Source: Ophelia neglecta (Eukaryota). Taken from it: a stretch of DNA of 64,000 nt. The notes under the pieces are model-generated. The model had not been told where the DNA came from, did not search any database, and worked only from the letters and a program-made list of their open reading frames with translations. Every line of letters starts with the position of its first letter. Within the stretch, counting starts at the first letter, position 1. The DNA lies in assembly GCA_965285935.1 (NCBI GenBank), contig OZ260662.1, positions 31,806,001 to 31,870,000 of the forward strand. Direction: 5' to 3'. The position numbers were made by a program, and so were the translations under genes. Of this stretch, positions 49,329-61,496 are shown in pieces.

Positions 49329-52300
49329 TAAAGGGTAAGATACGTATGGTAGCAACTCCGATGGAGGCATTAGAGAGGAGGTTGGTACACCAAGTTGTAA
49401 TATCTTATCTATTGAATTAAACAAAAATATTGATTTTAGCTCTAAACAGACAATATTTGGCATACATGATTATAAATAAAAACATACAAAGGCATCTGGT
49501 GTCGGAACGTGTGTATTTTTCATCCACATTGATACATTTGAAAACGTGTTTAACTGAAGTGACCGGCCATTGAGTGTATTCGTTATTAAGCAGTAACATT
49601 TATAATAGCAAGATCTCCATTTAATGCAAATTTGAATTGTTTTAGAATTGGCCCTACTGTTTTGAAATGAACTTTATTGAATGATTTGCTGACAATTGCT
49701 TTTTTGAAAATCATTTTCTATATCTTATGAATCGTTACACATTATGCTATTGTGGCACTTTGGAACATGTTTTTCAATACTTGACGGTTTAGAAAAATTT
49801 AATTTTTTCGTTATAACGCTTTTGGTTTTGAACATGAGGTTTTTGATTTCTTATACAATTTTATATTTTCAATGTGGCCTATAAGACACTGCGACTATTT
49901 AACATTTTGAAGATATCTACCCCATAATGCAGAAGGCATTGACCTTTCTTCAAACACAAACAATTAATACTCGCTTACTTGCTTTCCATCTCCAAAAAAA
50001 ACCTTCGATGTAGGAATAATTAAAATCATTGTAAAAATGTTGAAGAAAAAAAAGGCGATGTGAAAATTTTAACATGCAAAGTAATCACAAAGACATTAGG
50101 ATGGTGGTCTACACACAGTTTGATAGCCAGCCTCGGTTTCGTGCAATGAGTCATTCATACTATGCACCCATTGTCCTAGATCCAGACCAGAAATTGTACT
50201 GAAATGGGAGCTAAGGTATATATTTGAGTTAGGTTTCATCGACACTTTTACCTGTTTTTTTTTTTCAAATTGTGTCTAGACTGTTCATTAAATTGCTTAT
50301 TGGATTGTCAATACGCTATTAACTTAAGCTTGTTTTTTCCATTTTGATTGTTGAATGCGACAGGCTACCAGATACCGGCCCATTATTCCCCAGCAGTGTT
50401 GTAGGATTGATTCTGAAATAGATTTTATTTTGTTAAAATAAATGAAATTCGTTTCGATAAAGGCAACGAATGATGCACATATATGATATTGTAGTCAAGT
50501 GAATAATGTCATAAGCTTTTATGTAGACTGAAAGAAGTCTCCACCATTGTCTTTTCCTTGAAGGTGTTCCTGGTAGAAATCTGTTCTTATCTTGTCAGGC
50601 GAATGGACACCCTGTGGACGAATTCTATTAATTGGGCGAGAATATAAAAAGAGGTTTTAATATATTATTAAATATACAATAGTTAACAGCTTATGGCAAT
50701 TTCACATAAAATTAAAGTGATTGGGACAATATGACTATTTTTATTTCGTAAACCGTATCTACACATTGGCAAAGGGGAAATATCGCAATATATAATTCTA
50801 GTTTGATTGTTCAGTATTTATTATTCAAATATCACATGGCATTTGGCAAAATGTAATCGAATTGGGGTTCTTATACGTTTCTAGCAACATGTCAAAACAT
50901 GGTACCCCGGAACAGCGCTGCTTCATGCAGCCAAACATATCTGAGTCATGCCCTTACCCGGTTGCCACGTTATGGTTGTCGCAGAAAACTATGCAAAAAT
51001 TTTATTAGCTACTAAAAAGGCATTAACTGTTTATATTACATCATTTAGAGGTAATTAAGCAATAAGCATTATATGCGACTGATTCTGGCTGGCACCTTGT
51101 TCTTTGTTGTAGATGCTCATGTTAAGGCATGTTAATAAAAAGGTGACCGCCTAACTTTAAAAGTTAACTTTTTTTTATTTACAAGAATGCATCGAATTCT
51201 TTCATTTCTTTGCAAGAGCTGGTACGTCTTAACCCAGTAGTGCCTCTACCGTGAGTAATTATACTGTTATAACTATTATTTGAGCCCCTGGTGGAAACAA
51301 TATTAACGCCTTAAATGCACTTATAAGGTTAAATTATATATGCCCTATACTTTCAAATTGTTATTTTCATCTCATTGGAAATCAACTCAAGCTTAAACTC
51401 ATTCTTAATAGTATATTTAAGCATTATTTTTCTCATTCGGTAGGAATGGGTCTTATCCCTTGTGACTGCATTTTCTTTTACAACTTATTTGCGGTACAAA
51501 CTCCTGCGTGTATCTCAGTTAATCTGTCTCCTAGCCTAGGCCTTAAGGGAATTATGTATTGCTGTCACCAGCTCACCCATTACTCTGTCTGACTTATTAG
51601 AATGTTGTGTGCCTATACATTTTATTAAACTGTGCTACAAAATAATTAATAAGTTAATATGATGTCTATATCATGACTTGTATTAATGTGCAACAATTGA
51701 GTATCAGACTTTATCTAGATTAAACGTAGCTAACAGGATTAGTGAGATATCAAGCTAGGGTAGTCTTTTATATAAATAAAAAAAGAATTTCTCTGATTTT
51801 CTCGTCTTCTTTCCCTAACTTCCCATTAGTAAAGGGTTCAGACTAATAAAGAAAAACATAGGTGCATATATAACAGGCTCTATGAGAGATACTTTCTTGT
51901 CTTTCGTGGGCGCAAATAAACATCGGGTGTTGCTTTGTTTTATCTCACTTTAAACACGTGATTTTGAATTTATTATTTAGTAACTATTTCGTGTAGACTT
52001 TTATTTTTTTTTTATTAATGTATCTTTTCCCTTTCGTAGCAGGTGACTCGATCTGTTGGCCTTGTCTTGCCTTATGATGTCTAGACAATTTTCCAGCCAG
52101 TAAAGAGCTGGTCAGAAGTGCACTTTATCAGAAAAAATCCACATTAATATCAACCATCGCCAATATAAGTGGTAATTCAGACACTGCGTCAGCCGCCCTC
52201 GTGTTGTAGCACCGTCAACATATACCGAAAGAAGACTAAAAAAACAAACCAGATAGGCTTAAAAGTCTCGCATTCTGTACAACCTTTGTATGTACGCATC

Positions 52301-55300
52301 TTAAATTCAAAACCCTTATATAGTACGTGAGCCAATGGTCGTTACCCTCCACCCCGTCCCCCACCCCCTCATTTTTGAAATTACAGTTAACTTGTTTTTT
52401 GAGCCCTTGTGTCAAATCGCTTGTCAAGCAATGAAACCCTTTGTGGAAAGAATCATGTTCAGCAGTCCAAAAGTCTAATGTGGGCCGAAGATCCTATGCT
52501 CAGTTTTCAAAAGCACAATTCGAGTACCTGCCCAGAAGGTTATCTATTCAGGTGAAATTAAATTTGTGGCCGACCTTACACTGCACATACTTTTCCCATG
52601 GTTAAAAGCAACTAAGCACACATTTTCAGGTATCTAATATCAATATTATGGCCCAACCTATGTCAAAAGCTAATTTCGGACATTTCTGAACAATTCTATT
52701 GGTTATGTTAAATTAGACGCCCCTTGGTAAAAAATAGATACTTGTTTCATGGCTAAGATATACTTGTTTCATGGCTGAAGAGGATGACAAGACAAGGTTC
52801 TATCTTAAAGTATTCCTGGAGACAATAAAGTGCCAAAAATAGATTTCTAATGTGAAATTGAAAATAATATAGGAAAATCGTAAAGTACAAAAATGTACCT
52901 TTGATGCTTAAAATTTTTCAGGAGGCCAAAAGATTGAGATATTTTGATTCCGTATGTTGCGATAGATAGTGTTCACATCAGGTAAAGATATCATATGTTT
53001 TGCTACCACGCAAATGGCACTTTTGCAAACTAAGAAAAATACTGAGAATAGAGTTTTCGACGCAAATTCCTCTTGATTAGTGCTTGACACACTTCTTTCC
53101 ACATATGGGTGCCATACTTCTCAGGCTGCAGGCCTACATATGAGCTGCAATTTAAACAAGTTGATTCTGAACGCCAAGATCATGATAAGCCTTCAGAAAT
53201 GTCTTGTATATTTTGAAAAGTGCCGAGGGTGGGAGGTGGCGGAGGAGGGGGCTTCCTGCTGACATCTCATTGCACAAGCTGGATTAAAAACGACCGTTTA
53301 TTACTAAAGAACGGATGCTTTGTGTTTGTGAATTACACTGTCTGAAGGGAAATATGGTCTGTGATTGAAAGCGTAAGCGCGGAGCCTGGATGGCGGAGGT
53401 AAATTCCGAAATTATGACACAGCACCAGACCTATATACCCCTTTCCCAAACCCTAAAATTAAGCCGAGGACGAGCTCGAGCTTTCCTGATGAACATTGTC
53501 TAGTACCATTCAGATATACTCATGATCTCCGCCTCCACATATATCCTCCGCACATCCGCGTTTAATCAGTAGCCGAAAAAAATAGGCCAATTTGAGAAGA
53601 ATTTCCTTTTTCGAAATTACGTTTTTTTTTGTTTGTTACTAACTTAGCTCATCAGATTAAATGCCCAAAGGGTAATAGATGCAATCGCCAGCCCTCATAC
53701 ATCAAACCAGTTATTATTTGAGCTTGATTTTTACGCTTCACTGTCGGGGGATTCCGTGCTAGATTAATTTAATTGAAATGTCTCTTTCGTCTAATACTAA
53801 TAACTTTGATACAAGGCCTTCGATACGCTTAAATGTGTCGTAACATTGTCATGATATGGAAGTGCTTCCTGTGTAGCGATGACATGCACTGGTCAGAAGT
53901 GTCCTTGGAGTAACTGAAAAGTCGCGTCGTGAAACAGCAGTTTATCTGGATCAATATGATAAACATCTACGTTCGCATTTATTTTTCATTTAAGGTTTAA
54001 CGGTAACGTTAGTGTATAGGCCTACGCCTTAGGTATCTTGGGTGCTATATGTTTTCTTTCCCTGCTCTCCGTTTTACATGGCATACTGAAATTAATATAA
54101 AAATTTCAGTAACGCAGCAAAGATACAAGATGCGGCAAATTCCAACATTACTGATGCTATATGGATTATGTTTGGGGTAGGGGCAAGGCTAAGGATGGCA
54201 CGTTTCCGTAAGGTTTTTAGCAAAACCCTACTCCTTACCTTACCCCAAGGTTTGTATCTGGATATCTTTATTTTACTCCTATCATGTTTTATTGGGTCTA
54301 ACATTTGCCGTCTTGAATGACTAATCTCTTTTGTTTCAACAAACCTTTCGCGAAACTATCAGCGTGTGGCAGACTGCTGTACTTGAGATATTTAAGCAAA
54401 AAGAAAATGCCACCGACGGATGGGTATACTATTTATAAATACTTGCTCATCAGAGAGAATGGTTCTACTTGGGAGCTCTATTGTATTAAAGTATATAGGC
54501 CTAATATTTGTGCAACAATAAGTTGTATTAAAACGGCCTTCCAACTTGCTCTGTAACCAGAAGGCCCGAACAAAATCCGTCTCTTCTTGACACTTCCGGG
54601 AAACTACCAATTTATCGACTTGGCCAATCGCACAGGACCATCCTGTGTCTCTCTTTATTCAGACGTGTTTAAAAATTATTCCTCAGAAATTCAACTCTCA
54701 CTATGTGCCTATATATGCTGTCCGTTATCTCCTTGACCCATCCTCCTCCCTTCCCCCATGCTGAATTGGCAACGCCGTTATTAAAAGCTTATATATTCTC
54801 CATTTAATTTCACGCTGTCTTAGGCAGGGTAATTCTTATAACCTTTATAAACTTCAATTATGTATTTTTCCCGCTAGTTATTGTTTCTGGTAGTAGGACA
54901 CGTGACGCAATCATACTACTGTTGACATTAAAGGAGACGTTTTAATGTTTCACATTGCAGTTTGAATTTGTCTTTATTAATTTATGGCCATATTAGCGTG
55001 TCTCGTGTTTCAATCTGCGTGTTATTGATTAGTAAATGACTATATCGATTGTAATTGAATAGCAGTCAAAATTGTGACCTCTATATGAAATAGTTTTAAC
55101 CAATCAACGCGGTAGTGGCGTGAGCGAAGATATGCTTTGCAATAATGTGTGTGTATGATAATTGCTTCCCCAAGGATTTTCATCCCTCAATGCGCATTTA
55201 GAAACTAATGCACTTTAGACATTCAAAAATATAGTGAAACATTAAACTTCCAGACAGACGCGAATTGAAGATTTATGTCCGCCATTTTGAGTCAGTTGTC

Positions 55301-56485
55301 CATAAAGCAGGCCGTAGCCAATTCTTAAACACCATCCTTGATGATCAGATTGCACGACTAAATTAAACCGGCACGCTCATGCGCCTGCAAGTCTATCCAA
55401 CTCAGAGCTGTTTCCCGGTCTGACTTACAGGGAAACTTTCTCATAGGGAGAAAATACGGAGGTATAAGGGGGTATGTTTCACAGAATCTGATGGTGACGA
55501 TCATATGCCCTCCTTTTTACCTGTAGTGCAGGCTCCGAGTATTTACCAAGCTGAAACTTTGGAATAAAAAACAAGTCGCAATCATTTAAGTCCAGAATAC
55601 AGATGTACGTATTGTTGTTGGCCGTACCAGAGATTGAACGTCTCGTTCTACCCCAATGATGTTCGTTGTTCTGCAGCTGCGATCATCGAATTTTACCAAA
55701 TTAACCTTCTGCGGATGCCAGTGAGCTGACCGGGAGAGATTATAAAAGTTAATAAAGAAAAGGTTAAAGTCAAGGTTATCTGTGACCCTTTTTTAACAGT
55801 GTCAGATTTCCGTCTATAACTATCTAATATTTATTTAAGAACCTTCTTATATAATGTAGGCATAAGGTGGTTTGAACACAAGTGCATACTTTCCAACGTA
55901 AGGCCTACATCCGGGGAAGTGGCGTTACTGATATCAAAGGACATCGTCACAGAACATCGACAATAATTTACAACTTCCTTTGTCTAATCGCCAGGCAAGA
56001 GAACATATAATCTAAATCTCATCCTTGGAACAGGAATACTCCTTCGTCATGAAATTCTGCAAACTGTAACATCCACACAACTCCAATGCCCTCAATAAAG
56101 AAATAAACTTGCAGTGCAGATAGGGCCTAATAAAAAGTGAAAACATAAGCATAATTTAATTTATAATATAAAATAGTCAACAGCTAGTTCTCCACGATGC
56201 CTAAGATGTTTTAAAGGATTTGGCATTCGTTCGTTCTTTGACAACAAGACGAAGATTAAGACTCCTTTTTTTTGGGGGGGGGGGGCGGTATGATAAATTT
56301 AATAAATAGGTCGCAAGACAATACTTCATTTAATGCGGAAAGAAATAAAAAAACTGCTTGTTACTGTGTATACTTACATTTCGTGGTCAATTTGTATCTC
56401 AGAAGCCCCAAAAAAAGACTATTTCAATTGTAAGTTCGTTGTTCTTGGAGACAAGAGGTTTTACAGGCTGGAAATTCATTTCGTG

Positions 56486-59155
56486 TTATTATTATTTATT
56501 ATTATTATTATACAAAATTTGTATAGCGCCATATCCAATAAGAAAATTAAAGCTCTAGGGCGCTTAACATCAGTTTATAAAACCCGGTGAGATAAAAAGG
56601 GCAAGATAGTAAATAGAACTCTAGATTAAAAAAAAATCAAATATGTGTAGTTAAAAATTCAATAGTATGCTAGTTTAAACAGATGGGTCTTAAGTTTGCG
56701 TTTAAAACTGTCTGTTGATGTGACTGTTCTTAGTGACAAAGGAAGTCCATTCCAGAGTTCGGCAGCCACCAGAGGAAAACTGCGACCTCCATAAAACTTT
56801 GTGCGACGCTTGGGAGTGACTAGTAGTGACTTTGACTGTGACCTCAGACAGCGTGTAGGCTTGTATGCCTGCACCATTTCTGTAATGTACAGTGGAGCAA
56901 TACCATTTACCGCCTTATAGGCGTAGAGCAGCACCTTGAACTTAATCCTACTCTCTATTGGCAACCAATGCAAGTCCATTAACACTGGAGTGATATGTTC
57001 ATTTCGAGCAGTAAAAGTAATAACTTTAGCCGCGAATTTTGGACTTTCTAAAGCCTTGATATGAGGTCACCTGACAAGCCAGACAATATCGCATTGCCAT
57101 AGTCCAATCTGGAGATGACAGTGGCCTGAATCATAGTTTTGCATGCGTCCATGGTGAGGCTACCACGGTATGCCCTTAGCCTTCTAATTTGGGCATAACA
57201 GTTCTTTACAACAGTGTTTATCTGGTGCTCCATAGACAGGTGTGAATCCCACCAACTCCCTAGATTTTTAACACAGTCCACGGGGAGCACCTTGGTTTTA
57301 CCAATCATAAGGGAGAAATTAACACTGCAATGGTGGCCCGATTTGGGCGTGAAAACAATAAGTTCAGTTTTTTCCTCATTGAGTTTCAGCATGTTGAGCT
57401 CCATCCAGCTATAAATCTCTGAAACACAGGTCTCAATCACCGCCGCGGCAGCTGTCCATTCACTTGGGGACTTGACCACGAGATATAGCTGCGAATCGTC
57501 TGCGTAGCAGTTATAGTTCAAGCCATGTTTTCCCACAATATATCCAACTGGCCTACAGTACATGCAGTAGGCCTTTGGGCCGAGAACTAAACCCTGGGGC
57601 ACTGAAAAGTCCAGTTCAAGGTTGGAGGATTTCGAGTCCCTAATATGCATCTCTTGAGTACGCTTGTTAAAGTAAGACACAAACCATTTAAGGGCTTCGC
57701 CCCTCACACCAAATATGTCACTAAAACGCTTCAACAATATTGGGTGATCAAGGGTGTCAAAAGCAGCGCTTAGGTCTAACATTATCAGCACAACCATAGA
57801 ACCGCTGTCCAGGGCTTCTGTAATGTCACTGTGCACTTTAATCATAGCTGTTTCTGTTGAGTGATCTGCCCTGTAGGCTGATTGGAGAGGATCGCTGAGA
57901 CTGTTTGTAGCTATGTGTGAGTCCAATCTGCTCACGACGGCTTACCTTCGAAATAAATGGAAGGTTGGCCACCGGTCTGTAATTCTTTAGAATCTCCTTG
58001 TCCAAAGTTGGCTTTTTAATTAATGGTTTGACAATGGCACCTTTGAAAACAGTGGGCACATGTGAATGTAAAAAAGACTTGTTAATGATTCCTGTTATCA
58101 ACGGAGACAGTTCATGTATGCACTCCTTTACAAGCCATGTAGGAATTGGGTCACTGATGCATTGCTTATTTGGAGAGTTTCGAATTAGAGCACAAATTTC
58201 CTCTACTAATACTGGCTGTAAAACCTCGATTGGAGAACCAGTAAACACAGCTTCCACATCCTCAAAGGAAGGATGGGAGATTCTAGAAGTTTTTGCCTTA
58301 AACAGGTCACTCCTTATCCTGGAAATTTTCTCACCAAAATATGAGTTAAATTGCTCTGCTAGTGCTGTGGCCGAGTCATGCTCTGGCAGTACTACAGTTT
58401 GTTTGTCTCCCGATAGCTCCTTTGTAATCCTAAACAGTTCTTTCTGATTACCTTATGCATCTTCTATCTTCTGAGAGAAATAAGACAGTCTAGATTTGCG
58501 CAGTGACCTACTATACCCCCGCATGTGAGCGTGAAAAATATCCTTGTGTACAGTTAAGCCTGTTACGCGCATCTTTCTCTCAGCTTGCCTGCACAGCCTT
58601 TTCAAAGCCCGATTTTCATCACCATACCATTTCGAGTTAGGTCTTAGAGAAAATGTTTTCTCTGTGAGTGGGGCATGTTTATCAAGCAGTTCTGACAAAT
58701 TGGAATTATAGCGGGAGACCAGTTCCTCCACAGAACCCTCGCAGCTCATCAGCTCTGGGCATTTTCTCAAATCGTCCTTAAAGTCTGTGATAGTAAATAC
58801 CTTAAACTGCCTAAAGGTAACTGACCTAACTTCATGTGGGGGTCTGGCAAGGGATATACTGAAAGAGACAGCCAGGTGGTCGGAAGGAGCACCACTTCGG
58901 TTATCAGTGATTCCAGAATCACATATAGATGGCTTACTTGTGAGTAAAGTGCTATTTTCCCTTGTAATAACCAAGTCTAGTATATGTCCCTTTGTATGAG
59001 TTGCTGTAGAAATATGCTGCACCAGACCATGTGCCTCCAGGGTAGACTTAAATTTCAGTGTTTCTGGATCTGCCGACTTATCTAAATGAATATTGAAATC
59101 GCCTACTAAAAGAACTTCATACTTCACGTTGGCAAGGGAATCCAGGAGATTCTGG
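56486..59155 (-). mobile_element. L2/CR1-group LINE, ORF2 pseudogenised, 5' part missing
   Basis: GDFNIH, THTKGHILDLVI and SDH (endonuclease); NYRPVANLPF, LDLSAAFDT, VPQGLVLGP and YADD (RT); LHWLP. 3' stem agcgcc...ggcgct and (TAA)n tail at 56486-56510. Stops at 58453 and 57048, frameshift near 57940. Confidence 0.93.
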
Positions 59156-59543
59156 AGAAGCAGCCGGGTAGGACCAGCACTTGTTAGAATAAGGTCTTAA
59201 GACGGAGCTGAAGGAAACACACGGAAATACTGAGGGCTGGGAGCCCAAAAAGGACATGGATGCAGAGCTATATACTCAGGTACTTGGAGATGCAGCGAAA
59301 CTTTCACAAAAGTCTAATAACTAAGCGTTTTGGCTATTTGTATCTTGTAAGCACCGGTTATCGCCCAAGTAAACGTGTTGTGTTTTTCACGGTTGGGTGC
59401 GTCCTAGCCAGAATACCAGGTACGGTGGCCGGCGGTGTACCCAACAAACTGTGCATAGCCGTGCGCGGGAGGCTTTGAATACTCGTGCGGGCGTACCCAG
59501 AGGCCTAAACATCTGAGGAACGCGGTGAAAATAAAATTCAACC

Positions 59544-61466
59544 ATGCCAGGGGTGGTAGACACATTCAGCCTGGCGGAATCTATTTCAACTGCAATGAAT
59601 ACAGTCAACGCGGAAGACAGTATATATGACTTCTCACAATTCACATGTGGCCAAAATAAACCTACCATTATTGAAGAACATCAGGCTAACGACGGATTAG
59701 GCAGTCCGTCACAACCAACTCAAAGTGATGCGATTAGTACCCAACATGATTGCTTGCCATTGGCGGAGCAGCTCCATATAGAGGTTCTGGGAAGGATAAA
59801 AGATCTTCCAAAAGATACGTTCATTACCAAGCTCACCAACTTGGCCGCAGGGAGCGAAGATGACCTGGTCCGATTCAAAGGATACTTACATGCAAAAGCT
59901 AGAGAGAAAGCAGATTGTCCTAGAGGCCCCCTTGTCGAACGACGCCTGGGCAGGGGTAAATCGAAAGAATCTCTACTGAGGCGCTTATCTCAGGATAGCT
60001 ATAACTTGTACCTCTTCATATCCGGAGGACCAAAATCATTACTGAAAGGCCTAATTAACACCAAAGGGAAGGATGGTGGGCCTGAGAGAATTCCTATAAT
60101 CCCAAGCATCGGCCCTAACTCACCTAATTCACAGAGTAATGACCACGCAGCAATTATTAATAAAGGCTTACTAACGCGGGATGAATATTCCAACTTCATG
60201 GCAGAATTTTCTTCACTTCGCTCAGACCTCAAAAAACAAACAGAAGAAGCCAGGAAAATGTCAGAGACTTTGAAGCATCAAGAGGCTGATATAAAGGTAT
60301 TAACTGAACGCTTGATTGCCCAAGAAGAACTTAATACCTCCCTTCAAAATTCTATCGAGGTACTGAGGACTGGCTTAGATTCCCGAAAGAATCTCTACGA
60401 CGAGGTTCATGCCGAGACAAAGTCTCTGGGTTCGGCATTGAATGACCTAGTAAGTTCAGCCTTTACCCTCGATGTAACAAGCAAATCGTCCACTAAAGCT
60501 ACTGACCAACAAACCGAGGAACAACTCAGCAATTTAAATGCATCGGTTAGAGACATTAAAACGCGTATAAATAGTGAAAAGGCCCAGCGGGAAAGGGAAG
60601 TGACTAATATCAAAGCTAACCACAGGCAACTTAGAGATAGAGTTGGCAAGTTAGAACAAGCTAAGGAGGAGGACGGAGATTTGTGGGGAAAAACTGGAAT
60701 CATCATGATGAAGATTCTGGACGATATTGATGAGTTGCAGGGGGAAAGGGCAATCTGGCCACAACGGGCCAAACCTACACAAAACACCCCAAATCAAGGA
60801 CGTGGTACTCATAACAGTGCCCCTCTGTCTCCCCCGCCTCCCCCTCCGCCCCGTCCTCCGCCCCCTTTTATGCTTCGGCAGGACAGTATCGATAGGACCC
60901 ATGAGAATACCAAAACAAAAAGGGGAATGCATACCAATGACTTGCCAGACAACTCACCTCACAAGATATTCATGAGAGTGACCAACAGAGACCAGAATGA
61001 CAGATGGGCTAGAAATCCTAATATATACCGTCCGCCAGACAGTAATGCTGGTGGAAACAGGTGGCCGGAGGAAAGTGACATGCATACCGATGATTTGCCA
61101 GACAACTCACCCCACAAGATATTCAGGAGAGTGACCAACAGAGACCAGAAGGGCAGGAGGGCTAGAAGTCCTGATATAAAACGTCCGCCAGATATTAATG
61201 CTGGGGGAAACAGGTGGCCAGAGGAAATTCCCGAGGGTGTCAGCAGATTTTACGTGGGAAATCTTGGCAATCAGGTGTCTAAGGAAGACATCGAATCATA
61301 TCTAGAGGGATATTATCATTTCATGCCATTAAACTTGAAGGTAATACGCAACAAAAACACAGGGACATTCTCAGCGATGCTCGAAACTAATGCTTACTAT
61401 ACAGACCTCGTTCTGTCGAAAGGCTTTTGGCCAGGTAATGTCTACGCCAGGACATGGACCAAATAG
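59544..61466 (+). CDS. LINE ORF1 protein, 640 aa (coiled coil, poly-Pro, 51-aa duplication, C-terminal RRM-like domain)
   Basis: Open 640 codons directly before ORF2; heptad-rich central region; C-terminal FYVGNL...WPGNVYARTW resembles RRM-type LINE ORF1 ends. Confidence 0.88.
   Translation: MPGVVDTFSLAESISTAMNTVNAEDSIYDFSQFTCGQNKPTIIEEHQANDGLGSPSQPTQSDAISTQHDCLPLAEQLHIEVLGRIKDLPKDTFITKLTNLAAGSEDDLVRFKGYLHAKAREKADCPRGPLVERRLGRGKSKESLLRRLSQDSYNLYLFISGGPKSLLKGLINTKGKDGGPERIPIIPSIGPNSPNSQSNDHAAIINKGLLTRDEYSNFMAEFSSLRSDLKKQTEEARKMSETLKHQEADIKVLTERLIAQEELNTSLQNSIEVLRTGLDSRKNLYDEVHAETKSLGSALNDLVSSAFTLDVTSKSSTKATDQQTEEQLSNLNASVRDIKTRINSEKAQREREVTNIKANHRQLRDRVGKLEQAKEEDGDLWGKTGIIMMKILDDIDELQGERAIWPQRAKPTQNTPNQGRGTHNSAPLSPPPPPPPRPPPPFMLRQDSIDRTHENTKTKRGMHTNDLPDNSPHKIFMRVTNRDQNDRWARNPNIYRPPDSNAGGNRWPEESDMHTDDLPDNSPHKIFRRVTNRDQKGRRARSPDIKRPPDINAGGNRWPEEIPEGVSRFYVGNLGNQVSKEDIESYLEGYYHFMPLNLKVIRNKNTGTFSAMLETNAYYTDLVLSKGFWPGNVYARTWTK
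60927..61227 (+). repeat. 153-bp in-frame tandem duplication within ORF1
   Basis: MHT(N/D)DLPDNSPHKIF(M/R)RVTNRDQ...NAGGNRWPEE starts at 60927 and again at 61080. Confidence 0.93.
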
Positions 61467-61496
61467 ACTCTTATTCAAAGCTCACTGAAATAAAAC

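Noticed and set aside
54927-55460. Kolobok-like left end (ttaa|aggagac) followed by a promoter-like CpG stretch
   Set aside because: No matching right TIR with TTAA was found.
49400-56400. Short 60-85 aa ORFs in the long intergenic stretch (and similar ORFs antisense to genes and TEs throughout)
   Set aside because: No motifs and no consistent exon chain; expected by chance or as shadows of real ORFs.
59428-59520. HDV-like ribozyme in the LINE 5' UTR (begins ggccggc)
   Set aside because: I could not build the nested double-pseudoknot pairings by eye. An RNArobo or Infernal search would be needed.
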